Shown piece by piece: positions 1 to 9,662 of a stretch of DNA of 64,000 nucleotides. The stretch comes from Clostridium sp. (lineage in GTDB: Bacteria; Bacillota; Dethiobacteria; Dethiobacterales; Dethiobacteraceae). The DNA lies in assembly GCA_018335695.1 (NCBI GenBank), contig JAGXRV010000088.1:6783-70782 (forward strand). Reading direction: 5' to 3'. The notes beneath the pieces are model-generated. The model was not told the DNA's origin and did not search any database. It saw nothing but the letters and a program-made list of their open reading frames with translations. The stretch's first letter is position 1. Each line of letters starts with the position of its first letter. A program made the position numbers and the translations under genes.

Positions 1-1
1 A

Positions 2-298
2 ATGTTGGCTATGGGGCGTGCGCTGATGTCTAAACCGAAGCTGATGATGTTGGACGAACCCTCGATGGGATTGGCGCCGATTTTAGTTCGGCAAATTTTC
101 TCGATCATTTCAGAGATCCATAGAGAAGGAACAACTATTTTGCTGATTGAACAGAATGCCAATATGGCACTTTCCATCGCTCACCGTGGGTATGTCTTGG
201 AAACCGGCAAAATTGTTATGCAAGGGTCAGTGCAAGAGCTGCTGGCAAGTGAAGAAATTAAAAATGCTTATCTTGGCGGAGAAGCTGCTCATAGTTAG
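2..298 (+). CDS. livF: Branched-chain amino acid ABC transporter ATP-binding protein, C-terminal part (5' end outside window)
   Basis: ORF is open at the left edge. Walker B/D-loop 'LMMLDEPSMGLAP', 'ILLIEQN', and a LivF-type tail 'IKNAYLGG'. Stop TAG at 296-298. Confidence 0.8.
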   Translation: MLAMGRALMSKPKLMMLDEPSMGLAPILVRQIFSIISEIHREGTTILLIEQNANMALSIAHRGYVLETGKIVMQGSVQELLASEEIKNAYLGGEAAHS

Positions 299-317
299 CT
301 TTAAGTAAAGACTGAGG

Positions 318-345
318 CGGCCGCTGCGATTGGCGGTCGTTTTTA
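318..345 (+). terminator. Putative intrinsic terminator after livF
   Basis: Stem cggccgc (318-324) / gcggtcg (333-339) with one G-U pair, 8-nt loop, followed by TTTTT. Confidence 0.45.
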
Positions 346-370
346 GTTTAGCAGCGTGAAATGAAATGGG

Positions 371-895
371 GTGTTTGCTATCAATACTGGCGAAAGGCGC
401 GACAAACTTATCTCATGCTTAAAAGATGCTGCCGGAGCAGTGACGGGCACATGTTTAGCGCGGCAGCTTGCTGTGAGCCGGCAGGTGATTGTCCAGGATA
501 TTGCCATTCTAAGAGCAGGCGGCGCACAGATTTTTGCCACGCCACAGGGGTATTTATTAAATGCTGACGCTGGTTGCGGGAGCGTGCAGGCAGTAATTGC
601 CTGTTGTCATGACGGAGGACAAATTGAGGAAGAAATCGGTATTATTGTTGACCATGGCGGAAAGATGTTGGACGTGATTGTAGAACATCCGGTCTACGGT
701 GAATTACGGGGAAATTTATTGATTGCCAACCGTCGCGATTTAGCTCTTTTCTTGGCGCAGCTTGGCAAAAGCGCGGCAAGACCATTGTCTGCTCTGACCG
801 GCGGCGTTCATTTGCATACTATTGAAGCGGCGGAACAGGCTGTGCTTAATGAAATAATCGAAGCACTTTCAAATAAAGGATTTCTGCTCAGTTAA
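371..895 (+). CDS. niaR: NAD-biosynthesis transcriptional repressor NiaR (YrxA-type, HTH + 3H domain)
   Basis: N-terminal HTH 'LARQLAVSRQVIVQDIAILRAGG'. C-terminal His-containing blocks ('CCHDGG', 'VEHPVYGEL', 'GGVHLHTIE'). Lies directly upstream of nadABC. GTG start with a weak RBS. Confidence 0.8.
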   Translation: MFAINTGERRDKLISCLKDAAGAVTGTCLARQLAVSRQVIVQDIAILRAGGAQIFATPQGYLLNADAGCGSVQAVIACCHDGGQIEEEIGIIVDHGGKMLDVIVEHPVYGELRGNLLIANRRDLALFLAQLGKSAARPLSALTGGVHLHTIEAAEQAVLNEIIEALSNKGFLLS

Positions 896-901
896 CTTGT
901 A

Positions 902-937
902 TTGACAGTTGACAAGACAGGTACACCATGGCATAAT
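902..937 (+). promoter_or_regulatory. Sigma-A-type promoter of nadABC with a possible overlapping NiaR operator
   Basis: TTGACA at 902-907 and again at 909-914. The second copy is followed by a 17-nt spacer and CATAAT (932-937). The spacer 'AGACAGGTACACC' resembles the ACCTGTCT-type words I recall from NiaR boxes; that is memory only. Confidence 0.5.
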
Positions 938-967
938 GAAGGGCAAATACGGGAGAGGATGTTTTTT

Positions 968-1882
968 ATGCAGGAGCAAAAGATGCAGTTGTTGGAAAGG
1001 CTCCAAGAATTGAAGATGCAGAGAAACGCCATTATCCTGGCGCATAATTATCAAATCGGCGAAGTGCAGGATGCGGCCGATTATGTTGGTGATTCGTTTG
1101 GTTTGAGCCGGATAGCCGCCAAGACAGATGCTGATGTGATTGTTTTCTGCGGCGTCCATTTCATGGCGGAAGGAGCAGCCGTCTTGGCTCCGGAAAAGAC
1201 AGTCTTATTGCCGGAAATTTTAGCCGGTTGTCCCATGGCGGAAATGATTACGGCGGAAGCGTTGCGCGAAAAAAAGAAGGAACATCCGGAAGCAACTGTA
1301 GTTGCATATGTTAACACTTCGGCTGCAGTGAAAGCAGAGAGCGATATTTGCGTTACTTCGTCGAATGCTGTGGCTGTGGTCAATTCTTTAGCTGCGGCTG
1401 AAATTCTGTTTGTTCCCGACATGAATCTAGGCAGTTTTGTGGCTGACAGAACTGACAAGCGGGTCATCCTCTGGGAAGGCTATTGCATAACACACCATCG
1501 TGTGCGGGCGGCTGATGTGGCGCTGGCGCGGGAAAAACATCCTGATGCGGTTGTGGTAGTTCATCCGGAATGTCGTCCGGAAGTGGTGAAAGCGGCAGAT
1601 TATGCTTTTTCCACCGGGGGGATATTGGATTTTGCCCGCAATTCTCGGGAGAACAAGCTGATCATTGGTACGGAAATGGGGCTTATCCATCGACTGCAAA
1701 AAGAGAATCCCGAGAAAGAATTCTACTTGCTTCATCAGGGGCTTATTTGTCCCAATATGAAATATACTACTTTGGAAAAAGTGGTGACGGCGCTGGAGAC
1801 TATGCAGCCTGTCATTACAGTTTCCGCTGGTGTACGCGAGGGAGCGCGCCATGCTCTTGAGCGGATGCTGGCTGTGAGTTGA
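968..1882 (+). CDS. nadA: Quinolinate synthase NadA
   Basis: 'ILAHNYQ', 'FCGVHFMAE', 'VVVHPEC' blocks. ORF opens at 902. ATG 968 was chosen because GGGAGAGG (951-958) sits 9 nt upstream. Confidence 0.9.
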   Translation: MQEQKMQLLERLQELKMQRNAIILAHNYQIGEVQDAADYVGDSFGLSRIAAKTDADVIVFCGVHFMAEGAAVLAPEKTVLLPEILAGCPMAEMITAEALREKKKEHPEATVVAYVNTSAAVKAESDICVTSSNAVAVVNSLAAAEILFVPDMNLGSFVADRTDKRVILWEGYCITHHRVRAADVALAREKHPDAVVVVHPECRPEVVKAADYAFSTGGILDFARNSRENKLIIGTEMGLIHRLQKENPEKEFYLLHQGLICPNMKYTTLEKVVTALETMQPVITVSAGVREGARHALERMLAVS

Positions 1883-1892
1883 GGGTGACGTT

Positions 1893-3470
1893 ATGGGAAG
1901 CAGGATTGATAGTAAGCGGTCTGAATTTGATGTGTTGGTGGTTGGCAGCGGGATTGCCGGCCTCTTTGCTGCGCGGAAGGCAGCAAAGTTTGCCCGGGTT
2001 TGCCTTTTGACTAAGGGGATGCTTTCAGACACAAACACTTGGTTGGCTCAAGGCGGGATTGCGGCTGCTATTGGAGAAGATGACAGCCCAAAGGAGCATC
2101 TGGCAGATACATTGGCGGCAGGTGCAGGGGCATGTAATCCGCAGGCTGTGGCAATTTTGGTGGAGGAAGGGCCACGCTTAATTCAGGAGTTACTCTCATT
2201 GGGAACCCCTTTCGATTTTGATGGTGAACAATTGGCTTTGACCAAGGAAGGCGCGCATCATAAAAACAGGGTGCTTCATTGCGGCGGAGACGCGACTGGG
2301 CGTCTAATCCAGCAAACATTACAGGAGCAACTATTGTCCTGCTCCAATTTGACTGTGCGTGAGCACATTTTTGTCAGTGATTTACTCGTGCGGGACGGAG
2401 CCGTCTGCGGTGTACGTACACTAAACGGTGAGATGCTTTACGCCGGTTCGGTGATATTGGCTACCGGCGGGTTAGGGCAGGTGTTCTCCAGAACGACAAA
2501 TCCGCTTGTCGCCACCGGAGACGGCGTGGCTATGGCTTACCGAGCCGGTGCTAGGATGGCAGACTTGGAGTTTGTGCAGTTTCACCCAACAGTCTTCCAG
2601 GGGCAAAGCGAGCAGGAGACATTCTTAATCTCCGAAGCGGTGCGCGGTGAGGGAGCTGTATTGCGCAACAAACAGGGAAAAAGGTTTATGGACAGCTATC
2701 ACCCCTTGGCCGAACTGGGCCCGCGTGATGTGGTGGCGCGCGCTATATTGGCGCAGATGAAAAAACAGGGCGGCTTTCCCGTTTGGCTTGACATTACACA
2801 TCACGGGCGAGCCTTTTTGCAAAAGAGATTTCCGACAATTTATGAAAAAGCAAGAGAACGTGGACTGGATTTGGCCAAAGACTGGCTGCCGATTTCTCCG
2901 GCCGCACATTATGCTATGGGCGGAATTGCCACAGGTCTAAACGGCGAAGCTAGCTTGCCGGGCTTATTTGCTTGCGGTGAAGTTGCTTGCAGCGGTGTTC
3001 ACGGAGCAAACAGGTTGGCAAGCAACTCTCTTTTGGAAGGGCTTGTTTTTGCTGACCGGGCTGTGAAAACTATAGAGAAAAACGGAAAATCACCTTCAGT
3101 CTACCTGCCAACCGTAAAGGAGCAACATATCGCAATCGGTCGTTTGGCAGAGGCGGAAAAAATCAGGCTGCAGATTCGCAAGCGGATGTTCGAAGATGCG
3201 GGTTTGATCAGGGATGGACAAGCGCTTAGCGGTTTACAATCTGAACTGGAAAGTTTGGCTAGGGAATTGCCTGCAGGCGGAACGCAGCAAAGGCTTTGGG
3301 AAACCGTCAATTTGCTGACTGTGGCTCAGTTAATCGTCTCCGGAGCGCTTTGGCGCAAAGAAAGCAGGGGGGGGCATTATCGTACCGACTACCCCAATCC
3401 CGATCAGGCGTACGGAAGAAATTTGCTGACTGCAAAGGAGGACGGACTTCGTGCACCCATTGCAGTATAG
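1893..3470 (+). CDS. nadB: L-aspartate oxidase NadB
   Basis: FAD fold 'VVGSGIAGL', 'HYAMGGI', 'RLASNSLLEGLVF'. RBS GAGGGTG. Confidence 0.95.
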   Translation: MGSRIDSKRSEFDVLVVGSGIAGLFAARKAAKFARVCLLTKGMLSDTNTWLAQGGIAAAIGEDDSPKEHLADTLAAGAGACNPQAVAILVEEGPRLIQELLSLGTPFDFDGEQLALTKEGAHHKNRVLHCGGDATGRLIQQTLQEQLLSCSNLTVREHIFVSDLLVRDGAVCGVRTLNGEMLYAGSVILATGGLGQVFSRTTNPLVATGDGVAMAYRAGARMADLEFVQFHPTVFQGQSEQETFLISEAVRGEGAVLRNKQGKRFMDSYHPLAELGPRDVVARAILAQMKKQGGFPVWLDITHHGRAFLQKRFPTIYEKARERGLDLAKDWLPISPAAHYAMGGIATGLNGEASLPGLFACGEVACSGVHGANRLASNSLLEGLVFADRAVKTIEKNGKSPSVYLPTVKEQHIAIGRLAEAEKIRLQIRKRMFEDAGLIRDGQALSGLQSELESLARELPAGGTQQRLWETVNLLTVAQLIVSGALWRKESRGGHYRTDYPNPDQAYGRNLLTAKEDGLRAPIAV

Positions 3471-4278
3471 GCGGCTGGTTGGCGCCGCCCTGGCAGAAGA
3501 TCTGCTTTACGGCGACAGAACAACAGACAGCATTTTTTATAAAGAAACAGGCTATGCGGAATTGTTGGCAAAGGAAGCGGGAATCGTGGCCGGCTTGCCT
3601 CTGTTTTTGGAAGTGTTTGCTCAACTGGACGAAGCCGTGGAATGTGAACTTTTTTGTGCTGACGGCAGTCAAGTTGCGGCTGGTCAGCGTTTGGCAATAG
3701 TGAGCGGTCGAATCGCCTCAATCCTAAAGGGTGAACGGACTGCTTTAAATTTTATGCAGCGAATGTCGGGGATTGCCACATTGACCGGGGCGGCAGTAAA
3801 AGCAGTGGCTGGGACTGCCGCTAAAATTGTGGATACACGTAAGACTACGCCTGGATGGCGGGTGTTGGAAAAGTATGCTGTACGCATTGGCGGTGGCGAG
3901 AATCACCGTTTTAATTTGGCAGATATGGTGATGATTAAAGATAACCATATCAAAGGAGCCGGCTCAATCAACGAAGCAGTGTCCAGAGTAAGAGCACAAA
4001 CCGGTTTTGCCTTAAAAATTGAAGTTGAGGCGGCCAATTTGGACGATGTTCGGGAAGCGCTCGCTTGCGGAGTGGAGATTATCATGCTGGACAACATGAC
4101 GGTACCGGTAATGCGGGAGGCAGTTTTACTGGTGGAGAGGCGCGCACTGCTGGAAGCATCAGGCGGTATTGCCGCCGAAAGACTGCGTGAAATAGCGGAA
4201 ACAGGAGTAGATTTAATTTCGCTTGGTTATCTAACGCACAGTTGCCGCGCGTTGGATTTGTCATTAAAATTGCGATAA
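3451..4278 (+). CDS. nadC: Nicotinate-nucleotide pyrophosphorylase (carboxylating) NadC
   Basis: 'LAEDL..GD.TT', 'TRKTTPG', 'MIKDNH'. GTG start with AGGAGG 9 nt upstream. Overlaps the nadB end by 20 nt. Confidence 0.95.
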   Translation: MHPLQYRRLVGAALAEDLLYGDRTTDSIFYKETGYAELLAKEAGIVAGLPLFLEVFAQLDEAVECELFCADGSQVAAGQRLAIVSGRIASILKGERTALNFMQRMSGIATLTGAAVKAVAGTAAKIVDTRKTTPGWRVLEKYAVRIGGGENHRFNLADMVMIKDNHIKGAGSINEAVSRVRAQTGFALKIEVEAANLDDVREALACGVEIIMLDNMTVPVMREAVLLVERRALLEASGGIAAERLREIAETGVDLISLGYLTHSCRALDLSLKLR

Positions 4279-4365
4279 TCGTCTGGAAAGAGAAAGTCGC
4301 ATTGCGCGCTGAAGGAGCATCTGTTAGAATAAAGATGCACCTTAAAGTTGCAGGAGGCGAAACGA

Positions 4366-5295
4366 TTGACGCGACAGGATAGGATATATGATATGTTGGT
4401 GCTGGGCGGCGGCCCCGCCGGGTTTACGGCGGCCATTTATGCTTCACGTTCTCGGCTTTCAGTGTTAGTAATCGAGCAAATGCTCTCAGGCGGACAGATA
4501 GCTACTACAGACAAGATGGAAAACTACCCGGGGTTTCCGGGAGGGATTAGCGGCTTCGAGTTCGGTCAGCTTCTGGAGGAACAAGCTCGCAACTTTGGTG
4601 CTGAAATGGTCTTGGCAACAGTGGAAGCAGTTTCTTTGCACGGTAAGATAAAAGAAGTGAAAACTTCCGAGGGAACTTTTTCCGGACGGACGTTGCTCTT
4701 GACTACAGGAACACGTTCTCGGCCGTTGAATGTGCCGGGGGAAAAGGAGTTAAAGGGCAGAGGAGTTTCCTATTGCGTTACTTGCGACGGCGCTTTTTTC
4801 ACCGACCGGGATGTGTTGGTGGTGGGCGGCGGCGATTCAGCTTTAGAAGAGGCTCTGGTGCTCACTAAGTTTGCAAATAAGGTTTATTTGGTACATCGCA
4901 GACAAGAGTTGCGAGCAATTGGCCTCTTACAAGAAAGGGTGCGCTCGAATCCAAAAATTGAGCTTATTTTGAATACAGAAGTGCAAAAAATCAACGGAAC
5001 AGAACGCGTGGAGAGCGTAACTCTGTATAATCAAGCGCAGAACAAAAAATGGGACTTGCAGGTAGACGGGATTTTTATGTATGTAGGTCTTGTGCCAAAC
5101 ACAGAATTTTTGGCAGGTCAGCTTGAACAGAATGCAGATGGATATATTATTACTAATGATGAGATGAAGACTTCTGTGCCCGGAGTTTTTGCGGCCGGCG
5201 ACATTCGGGCAAAGAAACTGCGGCAGGTTGTAACTGCAGTGTCTGACGGTGCAATTGCGGCTGTGGCTGCAGCAAGATATTTTGATGAAAATTAA
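4366..5295 (+). CDS. trxB: Thioredoxin-disulfide reductase
   Basis: 'GGGPAGFTAAIYA', redox centre 'CVTCDG', 'GGGDSALEEA'. TTG 4366 lies 8 nt after AGGAGG (4352-4357). ORF opens at 4348. Confidence 0.9.
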   Translation: MTRQDRIYDMLVLGGGPAGFTAAIYASRSRLSVLVIEQMLSGGQIATTDKMENYPGFPGGISGFEFGQLLEEQARNFGAEMVLATVEAVSLHGKIKEVKTSEGTFSGRTLLLTTGTRSRPLNVPGEKELKGRGVSYCVTCDGAFFTDRDVLVVGGGDSALEEALVLTKFANKVYLVHRRQELRAIGLLQERVRSNPKIELILNTEVQKINGTERVESVTLYNQAQNKKWDLQVDGIFMYVGLVPNTEFLAGQLEQNADGYIITNDEMKTSVPGVFAAGDIRAKKLRQVVTAVSDGAIAAVAAARYFDEN

Positions 5296-5312
5296 GCAAA
5301 GGAGGACAAAAA

Positions 5313-5645
5313 ATGAGTGACTATGTTTTGGAAATCGGCGATGCTAATTTTGCAGATGAGGTATTAAAGTCGACTGTTCCGGTGGTAGTCGATTTTTGGG
5401 CAGCTTGGTGCGGTCCTTGTCGCATGATGGCTCCCGTACTGGAAGAGGTAGCGCGTGAGTTGGAGGGAAAAGTGAAAGTTGTCAAGGTGAACGTCGATAA
5501 GAATCGGACTACCGCCGGCAACTATAAGATTATGAGCATTCCCACTTTAATGTTTTTCAGAAGCGGACAATCGCTTGGTAATCAGGTAGGCTTTGTTTCA
5601 AAAGAGCAATTACAAAAAAAGATACAAGAATACTTTGGCGTCTAG
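5313..5645 (+). CDS. trxA: Thioredoxin
   Basis: 'WAAWCGPC' active site, about 110 aa, RBS AAGGAGG. Confidence 0.95.
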   Translation: MSDYVLEIGDANFADEVLKSTVPVVVDFWAAWCGPCRMMAPVLEEVARELEGKVKVVKVNVDKNRTTAGNYKIMSIPTLMFFRSGQSLGNQVGFVSKEQLQKKIQEYFGV

Positions 5646-5688
5646 AGGTCAATAAACTACGCCGAAAATTTGATGATATGTTTGTTTG

Positions 5689-5717
5689 GAGGACGGGTTA
5701 AACTGTCCTCATTTTTG
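5689..5717 (+). terminator. Intrinsic terminator after trxA
   Basis: Stem gaggac (5689-5694) / gtcctc (5705-5710), then ATTTTT. Confidence 0.6.
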
Positions 5718-5818
5718 TCGGCGATTTTTAATGGCGGTGATTCCCGGCGTTAGGCAGATTTACTTTTGGCAGGGAGCAAATTTTTTAGAGGTTTCCAAAG
5801 AAAAGGAGGGTTGTTTTT

Positions 5819-6994
5819 ATGGTTCCAAAGGAAGAATTGCTTCGCCGCAAAAATGTGCTGCAAGAAAGATTGCGGCAGCAAGAGTTGGACGGAGCTCTGT
5901 TGGCGCAGAGTATGTCATTATATTACTATACGGGCACATTGCAGTGTCAGTATGCGTATGTCCCGGCCGAAGGAGAAGTTTACGGTTTGATCCGCAAAAA
6001 TATGGAGCGGGGCAAGCAGGAGGCTGGAGTTGCGCTGCTCGCGCTGAGCGGCTTTTCCGGATTGCCGGCACTGCTGGCGGAAGCCGGTTATTTGCCTTGG
6101 CGTCTTGGTCTGGAATTAGACGTGCTTCCTGCCTCTATTTACTTTCGTTTGCAGGAAGCTTTTTCCGGTGTAGAACTAACTGATTTAAGCAAGACAGTCC
6201 GTGAAGTGAGGCAGGTAAAATCGGCTTATGAGTTGGAACAGTTATTTCAGGCAGCAAAGCAGGTGGACTTGCTCCATACCCAAGTACCGGCAATGCTTTA
6301 TGATGGCCTAGAAGAGCTGGAACTGGCGGCCGAATGTGAGGCAATTCTAAGGAAACTCGGGCATCAGGGTTTTACCAGGATGCGTGGATTTAGGCAGGAA
6401 ATGTTTTATGGTCATTTGCTTAGCGGTCAAGCGGGAGCCGTTGCCGGCTTTCTTGACAGTCCCACCGGGGGCATGGGTGTCTCCGTGGCTGCTTCACAGG
6501 GTGCAGGTCATAAACTAATCAGGAGTGGTGAACCGGTAACTGTAGACTATTGCGGTGTTTATCATGGCTATGGCGTTGACCAGACACGTCTATATTCCAT
6601 CGGTTCCTTAGATCGTCAACTAAGCTTAGCGTTTGAAGCTGCTTTGGCTGTTCAGGAAGCAGTGTCAGCTTTATTAAAACCAGGAGTTACGGGCGGGGAA
6701 ATCTATCTTGAGGCGCTGCGTGTAGCAAAAAACTTTGCTCTGGCGGACAATTTTATGGGCGTTGGCGATACGCAAGTCAAATATGTCGGTCATGGCTTGG
6801 GACTTGAATTTGATGAATTTCCCATTTTATCTAAAGGTTCTCAGCATTTGTTGTCTGAAAATATGGTTGTTGCTGTCGAACCGAAGTTTACGTTTCCTGA
6901 TAAGGGAGTGGTAGGGATTGAAAATACTTGGCAGGTGCTAAAAGAGGCGCCGAGAAAAATCAGCATTACCGCTGATACGCATGTAGTACTTTAA
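5819..6994 (+). CDS. M24-family Xaa-Pro aminopeptidase/dipeptidase
   Basis: Creatinase-like N-domain plus a pita-bread C-domain ('VTVDYCGVYHGYGVDQTR', 'GHGLGLEFDE', 'VAVEP', 'IENT'). RBS AAGGAGGG. Confidence 0.85.
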   Translation: MVPKEELLRRKNVLQERLRQQELDGALLAQSMSLYYYTGTLQCQYAYVPAEGEVYGLIRKNMERGKQEAGVALLALSGFSGLPALLAEAGYLPWRLGLELDVLPASIYFRLQEAFSGVELTDLSKTVREVRQVKSAYELEQLFQAAKQVDLLHTQVPAMLYDGLEELELAAECEAILRKLGHQGFTRMRGFRQEMFYGHLLSGQAGAVAGFLDSPTGGMGVSVAASQGAGHKLIRSGEPVTVDYCGVYHGYGVDQTRLYSIGSLDRQLSLAFEAALAVQEAVSALLKPGVTGGEIYLEALRVAKNFALADNFMGVGDTQVKYVGHGLGLEFDEFPILSKGSQHLLSENMVVAVEPKFTFPDKGVVGIENTWQVLKEAPRKISITADTHVVL

Positions 6995-6996
6995 TT

Positions 6997-7030
6997 GCCA
7001 AAAGCGGAACGAAGTCGTTCCGCTTTTGGC
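6997..7030. terminator. Perfect 15-bp hairpin, candidate bidirectional terminator
   Basis: gccaaaagcggaacg (6997-7011) / cgttccgcttttggc (7016-7030), 4-nt loop. A/T runs lie inside the stem on both strands. Sits between convergent ORFs. Confidence 0.7.
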
Positions 7031-7043
7031 TTAGCAACCATTA

Positions 7044-7277
7044 TTATTTTTTGTTTTCATCCCGAGCACATTTCTTTTTATTGGCATCATTAAAAGGTTC
7101 ATTAGCAAATTCCACACTGTCTGTAACCTTGCTGATGTTGCAGTTTTGCGTAAGCTTACTGTTTTTGTTTTTTAGTTCCTTTTTATTCTTTCTGTCTTTA
7201 TCCACGCCTTTTTCACCACCTTTTTTTCTGAACTGACTATAGTGTGTGCACTTAAAGCGCCATTCATGCTGGAACAA
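7044..7277 (-). CDS. Hypothetical small lysine-rich protein (weak call)
   Basis: 77-codon ORF in an AT-rich island. TTG start with no clear RBS; an internal GTG preceded by GGTGGTGA is an alternative start. Ends just before the 6997-7030 hairpin. No family recognised. Confidence 0.3.
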   Translation of the reverse strand: MFQHEWRFKCTHYSQFRKKGGEKGVDKDRKNKKELKNKNSKLTQNCNISKVTDSVEFANEPFNDANKKKCARDENKK

Positions 7278-7347
7278 ATCTAAGTTTTTGTGCGAAGATA
7301 ACTTTGATTGCCAATAATTACTTTTATGTCAGGCAGTTAGTATACAA

Positions 7348-7376
7348 TTATAAATGCCGACCACAAGTGATATAAT
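7348..7376 (+). promoter_or_regulatory. Possible extended -10 promoter upstream of the beta-CASP gene
   Basis: TGaTATAAT at 7368-7376, with a weak -35 TTATAA 17 nt upstream. Confidence 0.4.
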
Positions 7377-7536
7377 AGCCAAGGAAAAGATTGTTTCCGA
7401 AGTGAAAAACCAGGCATTTAACCATTTCTTGCAGGAATTAGCAAAAATAAAAAGAATGGTAAAAGACTAGCCGTCATGCGGCAAATTAAATGGCGAAGCG
7501 CCTTAAAATCAGTGTAACAGGGAGGAAAATAAGAGC

Positions 7537-9132
7537 ATGAAGCTGACATTTTGCGGCGGAGCCAGAACGGTGACCGGTTCCTCTATCTTGTTGGAAGCCG
7601 CGGGAAAAAAAATTTTGCTCGATTGCGGACTGTTTCAGGGAGGACGGCGGTTGCGCGCCAGAAACTATAGCGAATATGCGTATAATCCGACTGAAATTGA
7701 TTTTATTATTCTTTCTCATGCCCATATTGATCATTCCGGATTGTTGCCGCGATTAGTGAAAGATGGTTTCCGCGGCAAAGTGTTGGCTACCTTGGCCACA
7801 GCAGATTTGAGCAAAATAATGTTGCCGGATAGCGCTCATATTCATGTGATTGAAGCAGAATGGCTGAATAAAAAAAATAGAAGAGCCGGCCGACCTGAGG
7901 TTGAGCCTCTTTATACTGTGGAAGATGCGGAAGAGGCGTTAAGATATTTTACTGCAATTGACTATTATGAGCCGTGTCGTTTGTCTGAGGAAATTGTAGT
8001 AAAGTTTTTTGACGCAGGACATATTTTAGGTTCTGCTATAACAGAAATTACGATTACTGAAAACGGCACTCAGGTAAAGTTGGTATTTTCAGGAGACTTA
8101 GGCAAATCTAAGCAGCCTATTATTCGTGACCCTGATGTGATTGAGGAAGCCGATTATTTGATTATTGAGGGGACTTATGGCACCAGGGATCATGAGGAAG
8201 AAGAGCAAAAGTTAGAAATTCTGCAGAACGTGATTAACGAGACTGTCTCTCGTCAGGGGAATATTGTCGTGCCTTCCTTTGCGGTTGGACGAACACAGGA
8301 AATGCTCTATTTTCTGAGCAAGCTGATCAGTGCAAATAAAATTCCCAATCTTCCTATTTACATCGACAGTCCGCTGGCTATCTCCGCAACGGAAATTTTC
8401 TCACGGCATCCGGAGTGTTTCGATCTGGGAATGAGGCAGCTTCTGCTTAAAGGCCAGGATCCATTTCACTTTCCGGAAGCTATTTTTACACAGACTGCTG
8501 AGGAGTCGCAGCGGATTAATCGCCAGCCCGGCGGCGCCATGATTATCTCAGCCAGTGGAATGGCAGAAGCCGGGCGGATAAAGCATCACTTGAGGCACAA
8601 CCTTTGGCGCAAGGAATCTACCGTTCTTTTTGTGGGTTACCAAGCGGAAGGGACGCTGGGACGACGCATTCGCGATGGTGCTAAAAAAGTAAGAATATTT
8701 GGTGAGGAAATTATGGTGCGAGCCCGTGTGATAGCAATAGACGGCTTCTCAGCGCATGCTGATCGGACAGAGTTGCTATCTTGGCTCAATAAGTTCCAGA
8801 AGAAGCCTAAACAGGTTATCTTGTTTCATGGGGAGGAAGAGGTGCTGACTGCGTTTTCAGCCGAAATTGAATCTTCCTACGGGGTATCTACTTACATACC
8901 TCAATATCTGGAAACTTTAGAGTTGCAGCCTGGTGTTGTCGAGCTAAAAACTACAGCAACAGCGCTTGTTCGTTTGAAGGCTCGCGAAATGATGCAGGAA
9001 TGGCAAGAGCTTGCCAGAGAGTTTACCGCGCGGTTAGAGCTGGCGCTATTGGATGAAGAGGATGAGGAAGGTTTGCTGGAGTTAGAAAAAGAGCTTAATG
9101 CAGTAAAAAACTGTATTACCGATTATTTTTAA
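7537..9132 (+). CDS. MBL-fold beta-CASP family RNA-metabolising hydrolase
   Basis: 'SHAHIDHSG' motif and a beta-CASP-type layout ('FSAHADR' near the C-terminus). RBS GGGAGG. Confidence 0.85.
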   Translation: MKLTFCGGARTVTGSSILLEAAGKKILLDCGLFQGGRRLRARNYSEYAYNPTEIDFIILSHAHIDHSGLLPRLVKDGFRGKVLATLATADLSKIMLPDSAHIHVIEAEWLNKKNRRAGRPEVEPLYTVEDAEEALRYFTAIDYYEPCRLSEEIVVKFFDAGHILGSAITEITITENGTQVKLVFSGDLGKSKQPIIRDPDVIEEADYLIIEGTYGTRDHEEEEQKLEILQNVINETVSRQGNIVVPSFAVGRTQEMLYFLSKLISANKIPNLPIYIDSPLAISATEIFSRHPECFDLGMRQLLLKGQDPFHFPEAIFTQTAEESQRINRQPGGAMIISASGMAEAGRIKHHLRHNLWRKESTVLFVGYQAEGTLGRRIRDGAKKVRIFGEEIMVRARVIAIDGFSAHADRTELLSWLNKFQKKPKQVILFHGEEEVLTAFSAEIESSYGVSTYIPQYLETLELQPGVVELKTTATALVRLKAREMMQEWQELAREFTARLELALLDEEDEEGLLELEKELNAVKNCITDYF

Positions 9133-9146
9133 TTGGGGGGACTAAA

Positions 9147-9611
9147 ATGAGTCAGGAGTGGGATGTGCAGTCAATTTTGCCGCACCGTTATCCGTTTTTA
9201 TTGGTAGACAGGATATTGGAGTTGGTGCCTGGTGAGCGTGTCAAAGGACTAAAAAATGTGACAATTAATGAGCCTTTCTTCCAGGGACACTTTCCCGGTT
9301 ATCCGGTTATGCCGGGAGTGCTAATTGTGGAGGCGATGGCTCAGGTCGGTGCTTTGGCTATACTTCGTTTGGAAAGCAATAAAGGTAAAATGGTACTCTT
9401 TACCGGTATTGATAATCTGCGTTTTAAGAAACAGGTGGTTCCCGGTGATACGCTAATCCTCGAGATGGTAATCACAAAAATCCGCGGCTCCATCGGCAAA
9501 GGACAAAGCACAGCAACTGTAGATGGAAAAGTAGCTGTAACCGGAGAATTAATGTTTGCGATGGTAGAAAAAAACCCGACAGATAAAAACATTCTTGAAA
9601 AAAATATTTGA
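9147..9611 (+). CDS. fabZ: 3-hydroxyacyl-ACP dehydratase FabZ
   Basis: '[13 protein letters not shown]', '[16 protein letters not shown]'. Confidence 0.95.
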   Translation: MSQEWDVQSILPHRYPFLLVDRILELVPGERVKGLKNVTINEPFFQGHFPGYPVMPGVLIVEAMAQVGALAILRLESNKGKMVLFTGIDNLRFKKQVVPGDTLILEMVITKIRGSIGKGQSTATVDGKVAVTGELMFAMVEKNPTDKNILEKNI

Positions 9612-9636
9612 CAAGCCTATCCATATCGATTATTAT
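9608..9636 (+). promoter_or_regulatory. Sigma-A-type promoter of the metK leader
   Basis: TTGACA (9608-9613), 17-nt spacer, TATTAT (9631-9636). Lies about 25 nt upstream of the riboswitch P1 stem. Confidence 0.6.
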
Positions 9637-9662
9637 TTAAGCTGTGATTGTCGAACTGAATA

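Noticed and set aside
5686-6183. 165-aa + strand ORF overlapping the start of the M24 peptidase gene
   Set aside because: It is out of frame with a strongly supported gene that has a perfect RBS at 5819. It is Cys/Arg-rich and spans the trxA terminator.
7051-7236. 61-aa Phe/Leu/Ser-rich + strand ORF
   Set aside because: It is the complement of the Lys-rich frame and its low-complexity poly-F/L arises from A-rich DNA. It runs straight out of the terminator hairpin without promoter or RBS.
7354-7467. 37-codon ORF (MPTTSDIIAKEK...) in the AT-rich island
   Set aside because: It has no Shine-Dalgarno sequence, and its ATG lies upstream of the only plausible promoter -10 box (7371-7376).
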